Shown here: in pieces, positions 48,501 to 52,893 of the stretch
How the letters are laid out: each line of letters begins with the position of its first letter
How positions within the stretch are numbered: the stretch's first letter is position 1
Assembly (NCBI GenBank): GCA_041749955.1
Contig: JBGTAI010000146.1
Coordinates: 7,751 to 71,750 of the forward strand
Direction: 5' to 3'
Length of the DNA: 64,000 nt
Origin: Pirellulaceae bacterium
GTDB lineage: Bacteria > Planctomycetota > Planctomycetia > Pirellulales > Pirellulaceae
Notes under the pieces: model-generated
Seen by the model: the letters and a program-made list of their open reading frames with translations, nothing else
Told to the model about the DNA's origin: nothing
Databases searched by the model: none
Translations under genes and position numbers: made by a program

Positions 48501-49823
48501 GAAGTGGACTTCGATCTTACCAACATCTGGCGAAATTGAACCATTGGCATTACGACGAATCGGCTCTGGGACGACGGCAACGACTTGTGGCCCGAGGTTC
48601 AAGTTGAACTGACGCGTGAAGCTCACTCCGTCTTGGAAAAGCTCACCATTCACATTGCTGAGCGCCAACGGCCCACTACCCAAAATGTCGATCTGGTAGG
48701 TGTCGTCCGGTAGCGGCTGTGCAAATCGGAAAACAACCTCTCGAGGCGAGTCCCCCAAACCGATGAACCCTGGCTCAACGACAATATCGCCGACACCACT
48801 TAGAGTCAGCGGCGAGTAGTTTGATGGCAATTCATTGCCGATTACCGTATTCGCGCTGCCCACTTCGACAGCAGCACTAATCAAGCTCGATGCATCTGGA
48901 TTGTTTTGGATCGCCGTCAAGAAATCAGTAACGGTGGACTCGTTTCCAGGTGAACTGTTGAGCTGAACACGAATCGTCTTGTCAGTGACAACAACGACTG
49001 GATTAGCGACACCACCAAAATTGCGCTGCTCAAACGTGAGCTGAATGCCACGACCGTCTGCACCAGGCAATTGGGACGTCAAACGAACACGCACTTGTCC
49101 GCCTGTACCAAAGTCGGTCAATGCTTCTGCGGCGTTCGCTCCTTGAAGCGTTAACGTTGTTCCCGAAGTCACCGTTGTCCCGATGACTGCTTGCGACGCG
49201 CCACTGACCTGAATGACTTCGATGAGCGAGTTTGCCGCAGCATTGTTTGCTACCGCTGAAAGCAAGTCGGCTACGCGCGTCGGATTCTGGCTTGTCGGAT
49301 TGACGCTTCTATTGGCGCGATTGACATCGATGTTGACCGTACGTCCGGAAACCGTGATGCGTGCGGACGGATCATTTCGGTCGGACGTTGTAAAGACAAC
49401 CTGAATGCCGTTGCCGATCGTTCCAGACTGCTTTGCTCGGAACTCCAGCAATACTTGTCCACTGGTACCAAGATCCGTCGTTGCTGATGCTGACTCAAAC
49501 GCGTTATCGTCGCCCGCACGTGTGATACGAATCGCCGATAGAGTTGCTTCGTCAAGCGTCGTATCATCGTCAAAGCGAAACACCAACTCATTCGGCGCAA
49601 CGTTGAGTACGGTCACACCAGTGGCGTTGAGATTAGGCTCAAACAGTAACTGACCTTCATTGGGTTGAATACCAATGAGCTGTGGCCCAGCCATGAGGTG
49701 CCGCGTTTCGAGCGACTCCAAAAGCGAACGACGATCTTGACGTCGCTTCTTTCTCAATCGATCACGCAGGCCCCATAGGCTTGAACTGAATTTGGACTGC
49801 GATTGAGGTTTGCGGAAGGTCAT
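33579..49823 (-). CDS. Giant extracellular multidomain protein (5414 aa): LExR leader, Ig-like modules, degenerate metzincin-like module, PPC-like domains, parallel beta-helix regions, repeated FEF-type modules, GEVED domain, C-terminal dockerin pair
   Basis: Single uninterrupted 16,245-nt ORF with an ATG start. Motifs are listed in the sub-features. PPC-like signatures: DVDLYKFTLDSSG, DIDVYSFIGESG, DVDWYRFTIS. Beta-helix-like repeats: NTRFLFNTNYGVDISH, SNIFAYNGNGGIQI. Confidence 0.9.
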   Translation of the reverse strand: MTFRKPQSQSKFSSSLWGLRDRLRKKRRQDRRSLLESLETRHLMAGPQLIGIQPNEGQLLFEPNLNATGVTVLNVAPNELVFRFDDDTTLDEATLSAIRITRAGDDNAFESASATTDLGTSGQVLLEFRAKQSGTIGNGIQVVFTTSDRNDPSARITVSGRTVNIDVNRANRSVNPTSQNPTRVADLLSAVANNAAANSLIEVIQVSGASQAVIGTTVTSGTTLTLQGANAAEALTDFGTGGQVRVRLTSQLPGADGRGIQLTFEQRNFGGVANPVVVVTDKTIRVQLNSSPGNESTVTDFLTAIQNNPDASSLISAAVEVGSANTVIGNELPSNYSPLTLSGVGDIVVEPGFIGLGDSPREVVFRFAQPLPDDTYQIDILGSGPLALSNVNGELFQDGVSFTRQFNLNLGPQVVAVVPEPIRRNANGSISPDVGKIEVHFNDDDLDPTLAQNPDFYQLIMTNDTATNLDDFTRLNTPGLRPTSVTYNSITNVATLDFGRPLSRIPNPNAPGQFLTGSARLRVGTTENLPAPPTLVNLNANPSNPIEPGDSFSTAFDLNTQWNIGASATQSARLSSEIFNPTPFGLDLPGPDLAGTRNIRPDDPSRLTRTVPLDYVRGGADVIDGISVIQYNFASSWLGDDPSRPGVIADTTYFNVISQQQRQRVREVLQLYSEYLGVQFVEVEGEFTSDAFFSIAVGDLYGTVEAGETAVNSGPFNPNNPNDPNNIAVALRDRDGDGVQDLGVLDFQDFDESIDDQFGGEFFRGAMFVVGQLLGYGYADDLTQPVTQSTAFIFTPGTESEPSYPSAADIVNGQYLFRPDSIDVDLYKFTLDSSGRLAIETIAERLGAPSLLDTTLRLYRLNADGSSTELAINDDYFSNDSLIDVQVEAGTYVVGVSAKGNTSYDPSISGTGFGGRSEGEYELRLDFRPSVGNVLRDTTGVALDGDGDGRPGGVFDFWFVPADANNTLYVDKAASAVSSGQIGTVANPYREIDLAIAAARPGDTIRVVGNGGADNRIETLVDNLAYNIGFANNGLPLEDGSTIDLPQGVRMVIDSGAILKFSRARLGVGSTSPLVDHSDSALQVLGTPTIITSTGLPARDATNALIPGSVIFTSVNDRTVGIGNAPAFTPTPQPGDWGGIDFRGDLDTADELRRNREDEGVFLNHIQFADMRYGGGAVSIGGRQVPISPIDMAVTRPTIINSQISLSADAAMSASPDTFAETRFTEANFQAGGAFTPDYDRVGPEIHGNTVIDNSLNGLFIRVLTRTGNQLETIGTTARFDDTDIPHILTENLVIDGTPGGPIIQSSAPSSLLVRSAVTTAGSVPVGTYVYRITNVDGSGIESASSQATLPVTLTTVGGVQLSQLPTPASGSGFVSRRLYRATVDTNGLPGQFLLVAQLNASSTSFVDRLAVGTTPLSSTGASLRSRLDSSLTIDPGTVLKIDGARIEARFGANLLAEGSPSNPIIFTSLEDQRYGGGGTFDTNNVGVEAAPAPEDLRGDWGGIYIGVGSAASLDNVVVAGGGGTTRIEGGFASFNAVELHQGTLRIANSRLEFNADGRGATNDTRVGRGDNASGTVFVRASTPVVIDNNFIGGVGPALSFDVNSLSSVEVTDPGRSTGLIDRTDVFGNSGPFILGNSLTNNGINGLQVRGGQLATAGVWDDVDIVHVVTESIEIPNQFVYGGLRLRSDGRGSLVVKFENAPGETAGIVVGGSLLGAGDQFRDIADRIGGSLQIIGHPDFPVVLTTLADDFAGAGFTLDGRPQLDTNNDGIVGGDLAGSQGPLFPIGPEVNNGTLIDNDVDPLIAGSFSFSPGPGGVLQQATTTVQGLTQLFTNQTSLFDYGFFIDVGADGAAVGLDTTTILQQPTLVSDDRVVSTGSFAGANGTINWVMTQSFQDGRPDLVSEVTFSSDQPLGNLRFINYYDPIIGTDSGDILFTEGTPGADDFRITVLDGPEEIGFRQYGAFTGGPGLNGASYEGWIADDFPQLITPPVFNLPFVPNGTIAAGVPLLNDARFPNPNYGPGILTSALAWLIDPTATSATITTNLEVIAETFGTVPNSVTGGNWNGVTIREGADDRNVAAFTEQEPTRTSVVDTNSIPTQSEFLGELAPNQQSGDENRRLGFIVDGVIATNDDIDVYSFIGESGTEVWLDIDRTSNRLDSIVELIDVNGRVLAASNDSLAGESSSLGLYPNANFPAVAGVDVDIAQPLSVVAERLQGQRITINETIVDSTGGVLTLSIAGSLDTITIGVDTFLADPALAIETALETQFGAELGPVTATLQRRDARVTDPNNSAVVLRAGDDFVIELRFDADFFVGRQAPLVRVDSTGVLGITIPNPTVAAITFTSQLQDAYSSNAKDAGMRIVLPGEAGTRNIYHVRVRSSNTTNSTNFGAIVDASRVRDGLTSGRYELQIRLQEADESPGTQVRLSDIRYAVNGIQVIGQPLHSPLLGEDYETAAPNDSLATAQPLGFFGVANDANAIAVGPLQSDQLAKSFAGSLNSLTDVDWYRFTISYDNITRDNAALYLSTVFDLDYADNFARADMALYVFNEAGQLVLVGGDSNVADDQSGQAGSNDSTDLSRGSAGTQDPYIGAAELREGTYFVAVANQQQVPLPLDQFFNAGSLNPLLRLEPIDSVRRIAEDRIGSSGGGTASDPTIPLLFDDNSIIPYSFDDQLLYVNTGSSLFIVNPFTGENYGSVGTFSNGEEIEEIAFRSNGELFSYSGFGNRQRSDNNWFYYQIDTGTAALSAPLSTGANINTFSAVFDAVNNVFTVGVGNTGLDVEATTIAAFDGIERGFFVANRPFDLINSNAGSQYTTNILYQFVPQSGIANGPQNVFLTRLNGAGTSVQEVGQIFTGTQQTLSTQLGIKAPTVTNAAGQRVAGLSDEDSFTLTDNNNNSVTFEFNSGLTLTADGLNPILDGQTVTIDNTVFEFNTGERLQLSPAQPVGTLTEGSTVRVVGLDGQVQTFEFVRTGTARLGNVAIQTLNNVGQPLTGDQVAASLAANINLLMTGINARSVLDQVVFTGPVTPQLTVTGAGISTLGDNQITTPGAVGVNVSETISAELLVSRLAAAIRSQGISVVSDGNQLALPSSQTVVVNPAVGGGLSVTGQAGLANPGSIEILIFPGDTEAVVAARMAAAIEANGGGTLSANVEPSGKSLSIVGGFISNVFSPNNSLVAGGIPSGGAVGGTVTGAELVTENGVTSLYAITNTGDLFRVSAGELRTVRDGSVGTYVRTATDLIGLNFTSLRSGPVSYNDGELRETLFGMTANGDIYAFNTAGELQPIFAGGRSMISTGIGGARGLDFSTLSYNLFHVTGQRGADPGHGINATGTGSRGVAADGSTTTVLGGSSLAFTYEANAFFGNYPSSAEQPVNFTGNGVVSNPRVDGTLVEDHYNFPGGAKGVVQSNAFSLEGFAAADEPVLYFNYFLEADGTELDSGGNIAGRDALRVYVVTQDGAQHLVSSNKTARGGGAFDDEFDDPTPVGQYNDNIDVDVQQLFTSTNTWRQARVPLGEFAGMPGLSLRVEFSTAGTTQTGSASLRTKAGDQLVEGQSFVIGGETFSIDFAPTVSLPTGAQLANLYSDPNATATITVDGQQYVLDDGRRVIGNGQISIPLLGGLPAGTSLAALSASEIAAIVTDAIRISPPTNPVVSGLLFSDAQDADPNAGGGRNDRTFEAIALPYSGGNMTFVGVGQLGNDRNFGDLDDPRILALDVVNTNDVDMLRVEVVAGTVLKVDLSTVGSIPIQGTIRFFDEFGIEIPASVLDTNSATLQVPSSGTVFIGISGQPNTAYDPRFGTNQSPGQIGKYQASVAVNLPLSIQADSNAIELGGLANVQASPSSLFSISGQSNVLGIPVPVSRFMSANEVAGALRQVVADRFTNGNVSVLPIDGASLRLPLLTIDDVGPFVDESERWGDQFASGVRGGAIANDFEGVYLDDFIIGFAERGEIATGSNVVDTPFVQDLRPQFPSPADPTSSLNTGSYQVEIRDASEYLNSQTASAFRTFDTNDRLADSRSVVVRGADQIRDGQTFEITDGRATVVFEFDLTESGTGVTPGNVAVPFTLSALVPGSQRINATTGLPIAGTGVVRPQTAAEVAASVVAAVNRSDVASVLAVSALLASGVDSDTDARINLAGDIVVVDDSGAFESIDRSTRRGDTNRDRDGQGVILIENTRFLFNTNYGVDISHDVTANVAGVDTNSILRYPRNLVELNSESIIPGVVVQSNIFAYNGNGGIQIAGLQAAGETQSDPIPFERIVNNTIVGGSITAGFTAPSETFQGVFFPGGAISFADAVVSYTPNATGRPPASIFQNATTALGAPDRLGRGSEPVDGQFTVSLGLGGSLVVEFTDNLLTGSGDSRPDLIVFETGDVESVQVQVSRDGITFFTVGILGGLTNQIDLDAAGFGPQDRFAFVRLTDLRQGSTTSSSLGADIDAIGALTTVPVDRYTAGGNGINVVGQAAPALLNNVVANSDVGIVLPVGSTLPIVGGNAFYRNTLDVPAGASIGQFAQQLTSSESVFIAPAELVFSPSAGSRIIDSSIDSVEDRSSLTAVKNPLGLPTSPILAPRLDVNGQLRIDDPNVETPSGLGERVFKDRGASDRGDLFGPRAVLLSPTAPDLGLSAGVVSVFGEAPRAFEIQLLDGLAPADVTPGTGIDDRTVTSGSVLLFKDNVPLVEGIDYRFGYNPSTNVIRLTPIAGVFAREATYVIRLIDSSDAVISASDGSGYFDGTRLSVIDSSGVTTTFEYETGITIALSTILQTVGAADGLTLEVFDGVNTVIYELDDNGITGVDSIPVDVSGLPTVEEIGASIAAAINATGGLTLTAVTNGSNIQLLGANPLASVTSSSTLAAVSGAVGTAIGFGLQIPADGARPADTIVDGQVFVVRRGARTAFTFEFDNDNVISTTGAIPIRFSAVSTLDDIANEIVRAVGGTGLGLSPSNVGFGRVFLGGDANYSVDVTASVLTQVGIAGEVATVPITIQIDQSRASVAASIQSVIESLSLAGVTTSLINDRIFVEGTNGISGVGAVGSAVVADLVGNRLQSNQSNGKTELTIFIGNGFDFGDAPAPYQSLASGLRPRHAIDPTFTLGATVTPDADALVPNADEDDGIGIPVSMRAGFQSQLTINVNSVAGRAFYVDAWFDWNGNKLFDANEVIRYGSAGTGRIPLSTGVNIVPVTVPADAATGEIYARFRLSEPVFDANGLAVLLGPTGDAASGEVEDYSLFITNNPFTNPVRPGDVNNSGASTPLDALQIINVLNRYQSVDPNARTINLSDPLPPGFVLPVFPDVNGDGQISAADALAVIQILNQADANGASGEGELLTTGFVRTASGVLASQATLIGDALINGSSGADGLLREEVSLPSESAPKKAIDQSSVFDPRAIIELDSIVDLIAEDNASARLGADSSDSELNPFDAIFSQM
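33921..34130 (-). other. Dockerin-type repeat pair of the giant protein (aa 5232-5301)
   Basis: DVNNSGASTPLDALQIINVLN and DVNGDGQISAADALAVIQILN. Confidence 0.75.
34167..34664 (-). other. GEVED-type domain (aa ~5054-5219)
   Basis: FDFGDAPAPYQS ... EDDGI ... YVDAWFDWNGN ... ARFRLS ... SGEVEDYSLFI. Confidence 0.6.
34785..35657 (-). repeat. Cluster of three FEF-type modules (aa ~4723-5013). Further copies are scattered through the protein.
   Basis: DGTRLSVIDSSGVTTTFEYE / DGLTLEVFDGVNTVIYELDD...TVEEIGASIAAAINATG / DGQVFVVRRGARTAFTFEFDND...TLDDIANEIVRAVGGTG / SRASVAASIQSVIESL. Confidence 0.45.
47109..47381 (-). other. Pre-peptidase C-terminal (PPC)-like domain (aa ~815-905)
   Basis: DSIDVDLYKFTLDSSGRLAIE...LRLYRLNADGSSTELAINDDYFSNDSLIDVQVEAGTYVVGV. 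Confidence 0.5.
47424..48026 (-). other. Metzincin-like module with the zinc-binding motif apparently degenerated (aa ~600-800)
   Basis: VREVLQLYSEYLGVQFVEVEGEF..FFSIAVGDL resembles the N-part of M10/serralysin-type domains. FVVGQLLGYGY (47490-47522) aligns with HExxHxxGxxH, with G/L/G/G kept but H, E, H and H replaced by F, V, Q and Y. Confidence 0.3.
48789..49478 (-). repeat. Two tandem repeats of about 115 aa near the N-terminus of the giant protein (aa ~116-345)
   Basis: TDLGTSGQVLLEFRAKQSG..GNGIQVVFT...RTVNIDVN...RVADLLSAVANNAAANSLIEV aligns with TDFGTGGQVRVRLTSQLPGADGRGIQLTFE...KTIRVQLN...TVTDFLTAIQNNPDASSLISA. Confidence 0.6.
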
Positions 49824-50057
49824 CCAAGGGCCTCTTCATAAGCTGCCGGGAGGCCGTACAGCTCAAGGGTCTAGGGAGTTGTGAATTGTTGGACTGGCTG
49901 AAAAACCAAGTTGAACTAAACGTCGGTAGCTCAAGCTCGGTTAGACACCCACTGTCGTGTAAAAGTTTTCGATAAGCCTGGAAGTCTAGGCAAAATGCAC
50001 AAACAACTGGTTTCGAAGTGTAATTGAAGGGTTGCGTGAAGCAACGAAAATCGTCTC

Positions 50058-50171
50058 TGGGGCAGGGTTTAGGTCGTTTTGGCGCGATTGTAACACTGAT
50101 ATCGACCGAGGCACTGCGCGGTCGCCTTTGACGTTATCCGTCGCTGGAAAGTTCCGTTGGGGCAAGGTTTA
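50058..50171 (+). promoter_or_regulatory. Two copies of TGGGGCARGGTTTA exactly 100 bp apart, upstream of the giant gene
   Basis: 50058-50071 is TGGGGCAGGGTTTA and 50158-50171 is TGGGGCAAGGTTTA. The second copy is preceded by GAAAGTTCCGT (50147-50157). Related words occur at 30738-30751 and 30768-30778, upstream of the 1515-aa gene. Confidence 0.3.
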
Positions 50172-50376
50172 CGGTTCCTCTCTTGCGAGGTTTACCGTTT
50201 GATTGCTACGGTCCGCTAGCTCAACATTTCGCCAGACCCAACTCCCCACACCTCCTTTTGGGGGCTCAACTCGGGCGGTACTGTTTTGCCAACAGTTACA
50301 ACCAGTAAGGAAGAGTATCGGCTTTCAAGGGGCCGGAACTTTTCACGCGTTAACACCCGTGTCAGGATGACCGACC

Positions 50377-51129
50377 ATGAATCGCCAATTCCCCCAGCAA
50401 AATTTCTTGGGATGGGTAGTGTTTACGCTCGGGTTCGCGTCTTTGACAGCACTTTCGGGGGGATGTCAGTGGGCGGCGAGCGGCCAAAATGCTTCGGGAG
50501 CAAGGCTTTACGAGCAAGGCCAATACACAGCTGCACTCCAGCAGTTCCAGCAGGCAATTGCGAGTAACCCACAAAACGCTGACGGTTACTACAACCTCGC
50601 GGCGACAACCCAGCGATTAGGCCAACAGCGGGGTGACGCAAAGTTGATTGAACAAGCCGAATCGCTTTATAACCAGTGCCTGGACCACGACCCCAACCAC
50701 GTCGAGTGTCACCGAGGACTTGCCGTACTGCTGGTCGAGTCTGGTCGGCCCGACCGGGCTTTCGCTCTGATGAAGAATTGGGCATCACAGAACCCACAAT
50801 ATTCGGAGCCCCGAATCGAGCTGGCCCGCCTGTATGAAGAACACGGCGAACCAGCGACGGCGCTTAAATATCTGGAAGATGCCGTTCTGCAGGATGCCAA
50901 CAATCCCCGAGCATGGCTCGCGTTGGGGCGTCTTCGCGAGAAGTCAGGCGAATTGACCCAAGCCCTGCAAAACTACCAGCAAGCGTTGGCACTCAATGGC
51001 GCCCAGCCTGCGGTTTCAGAGCGAATTGCTGCTCTGAGTCGTCAAATCAACTCGAATATCGACGCCTCGCGAGCTCAGGGCGGCACCCAGATTGCCACGC
51101 CGCTCGGTTACGGCAATTCCCGTTACTAG
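50377..51129 (+). CDS. Tetratricopeptide-repeat lipoprotein
   Basis: Lipobox LTALSGC after a hydrophobic N-terminus, followed by several TPR-like units (AxxxYxxAlxxxPxxxxAxxnLA). Confidence 0.75.
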   Translation: MNRQFPQQNFLGWVVFTLGFASLTALSGGCQWAASGQNASGARLYEQGQYTAALQQFQQAIASNPQNADGYYNLAATTQRLGQQRGDAKLIEQAESLYNQCLDHDPNHVECHRGLAVLLVESGRPDRAFALMKNWASQNPQYSEPRIELARLYEEHGEPATALKYLEDAVLQDANNPRAWLALGRLREKSGELTQALQNYQQALALNGAQPAVSERIAALSRQINSNIDASRAQGGTQIATPLGYGNSRY

Positions 51130-51233
51130 GGCGACTTGCCCAGCCAAACGCGGTGCAACCCTCGCCGCGCGAGCGATAAATCTCTACATTTTCGCTCTCC
51201 AGCCGAACACCCTTTGTTTGAAAAACGCCTGCC

Positions 51234-52844
51234 ATGAAATCGATGGACAAGATCGTCTCGCTCTGTAAACGACGCGGATTCCTTTTTCAATCTAGCGAAA
51301 TTTACGGCGGATTGCAGGGCTTTTGGGACTACGGTCCGCTTGGCGTCGAGCTCAAACGCAATGTGAAGGAGGCTTGGTGGCACGACATGATCGCTGGCCA
51401 CAACGAGCTGCTTCAGGCCGCCGGCGCCCCCACAACTTTCGAAATGGTGGGCCTCGATTCGACGATCATCATGCACCCCCAGGTCTGGAAGTGCAGCGGT
51501 CACTATGACCTGTTTCACGATTACATGGTGGATTGCCGCGAGTCAAAAAAACGCTACCGCCACGACCAAGTTCGCGGCCGATTCGTGGAGCATGGCGACG
51601 TCAAAATTTTTGTGACGACAATGGCTGAAGCGGAACAGGAACTCGACGAAGTCACTCGTCGAGGCATGAAGTTCTTCAAGCTGCGTCCCAAGGATGCGGA
51701 CAAAATCACGGTCGGTACGGAGTCCATTACCCTCAACAAGTTGGATTCGTTCGACAACGTTCTCGCCCCCGATTCCAAGACGCTCGGCACGCTGACAGAG
51801 CCTCGTGAATTCAACCTGATGTTCAAAACGACCGTCGGTGCACTCGCGGGCGAAGAAGGCACCGCGTTCCTGAGACCAGAAACCGCTCAAGGCATCTTCG
51901 TCAACTTCAAGAACGTGCTCGATAGCAGCCGCGTTCGCGTCCCGTTTGGTATTGGCCAAATCGGCAAGAGCTTCCGCAACGAAATCACACCTCGAAACTT
52001 CACGTTCCGATCACGTGAATTCGAACAGATGGAAATCGAATTCTTTTGTCACCCCGAACAATCTCACGAATGGTACCGATACTGGCGCGATCGTCGTCTG
52101 GCTTGGTACACCTCGTTGGGCCTGTCGAGCGAGAACCTGATCATGCGTGAGCACCACGTTGAGGAATTGGCTCACTACAGCGTCGGTACTGCGGACATCG
52201 AATACGCATTCCCGTTCCTACCAGAAGGCGAATACGGCGAACTCGAGGGAATCGCACACCGAGGCGACTTTGACCTTCGCAGCCACATGGAAGGCAAGCT
52301 CGATCCTTCAACGCGTCCGATGGTTCTCGAACTCGATGAAAACGGCAAACCAAAGCACCGAGGCAGCGGCCGTGATCTGACCTATCGCGATGACCTGACG
52401 AACGAGAAGTTCATTCCACACGTCGTCGAACCTTCCGCTGGCGCCGACCGTGGTGTGTTGGCTTTCCTCTGCGAAGCGTACACCGAGGACGAAGCACCGG
52501 ATGAAGACGGCAAATTGCAAACCCGAGTCGTCATGAAGTTCCACCCACGTTTGGCTCCCGTCAAAGCGGCCGTTTTCCCGCTGGTGAAGAAAGACGGTAT
52601 GCCAGAAGTCGCAATGGAAATTTATGGTGAGCTGAAACGCGACATGGCTGTCTTTTACGACGAGAAGAGTGCGGTCGGACGTCGCTATCGTCGCCAAGAC
52701 GAAGCCGGCACACCGTTCTGTATCACGGTCGATGGTGAATCACTAACGGACAAGACCGTCACGATTCGTGACCGCGACACACTCGAGCAAACACGCGTGA
52801 AGATCTCGGATCTTGCCACAGAACTGAAACAGCGAATCGGTTAG
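51234..52844 (+). CDS. glyQS: Glycine--tRNA ligase (homodimeric GlyQS type)
   Basis: MDKIVSLCKRRGFLFQSSEIYGG...WDYGPLG, class II motifs (FRNEITPRNFTFRSREFEQMEIEFF; PSAGADR), and an anticodon-binding C-terminus. 536 aa. Confidence 0.93.
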   Translation: MKSMDKIVSLCKRRGFLFQSSEIYGGLQGFWDYGPLGVELKRNVKEAWWHDMIAGHNELLQAAGAPTTFEMVGLDSTIIMHPQVWKCSGHYDLFHDYMVDCRESKKRYRHDQVRGRFVEHGDVKIFVTTMAEAEQELDEVTRRGMKFFKLRPKDADKITVGTESITLNKLDSFDNVLAPDSKTLGTLTEPREFNLMFKTTVGALAGEEGTAFLRPETAQGIFVNFKNVLDSSRVRVPFGIGQIGKSFRNEITPRNFTFRSREFEQMEIEFFCHPEQSHEWYRYWRDRRLAWYTSLGLSSENLIMREHHVEELAHYSVGTADIEYAFPFLPEGEYGELEGIAHRGDFDLRSHMEGKLDPSTRPMVLELDENGKPKHRGSGRDLTYRDDLTNEKFIPHVVEPSAGADRGVLAFLCEAYTEDEAPDEDGKLQTRVVMKFHPRLAPVKAAVFPLVKKDGMPEVAMEIYGELKRDMAVFYDEKSAVGRRYRRQDEAGTPFCITVDGESLTDKTVTIRDRDTLEQTRVKISDLATELKQRIG

Positions 52845-52893
52845 AAACGGACACACGTGATCCGCCCAGAACCATTCGCCCAGTGCCATCCTC

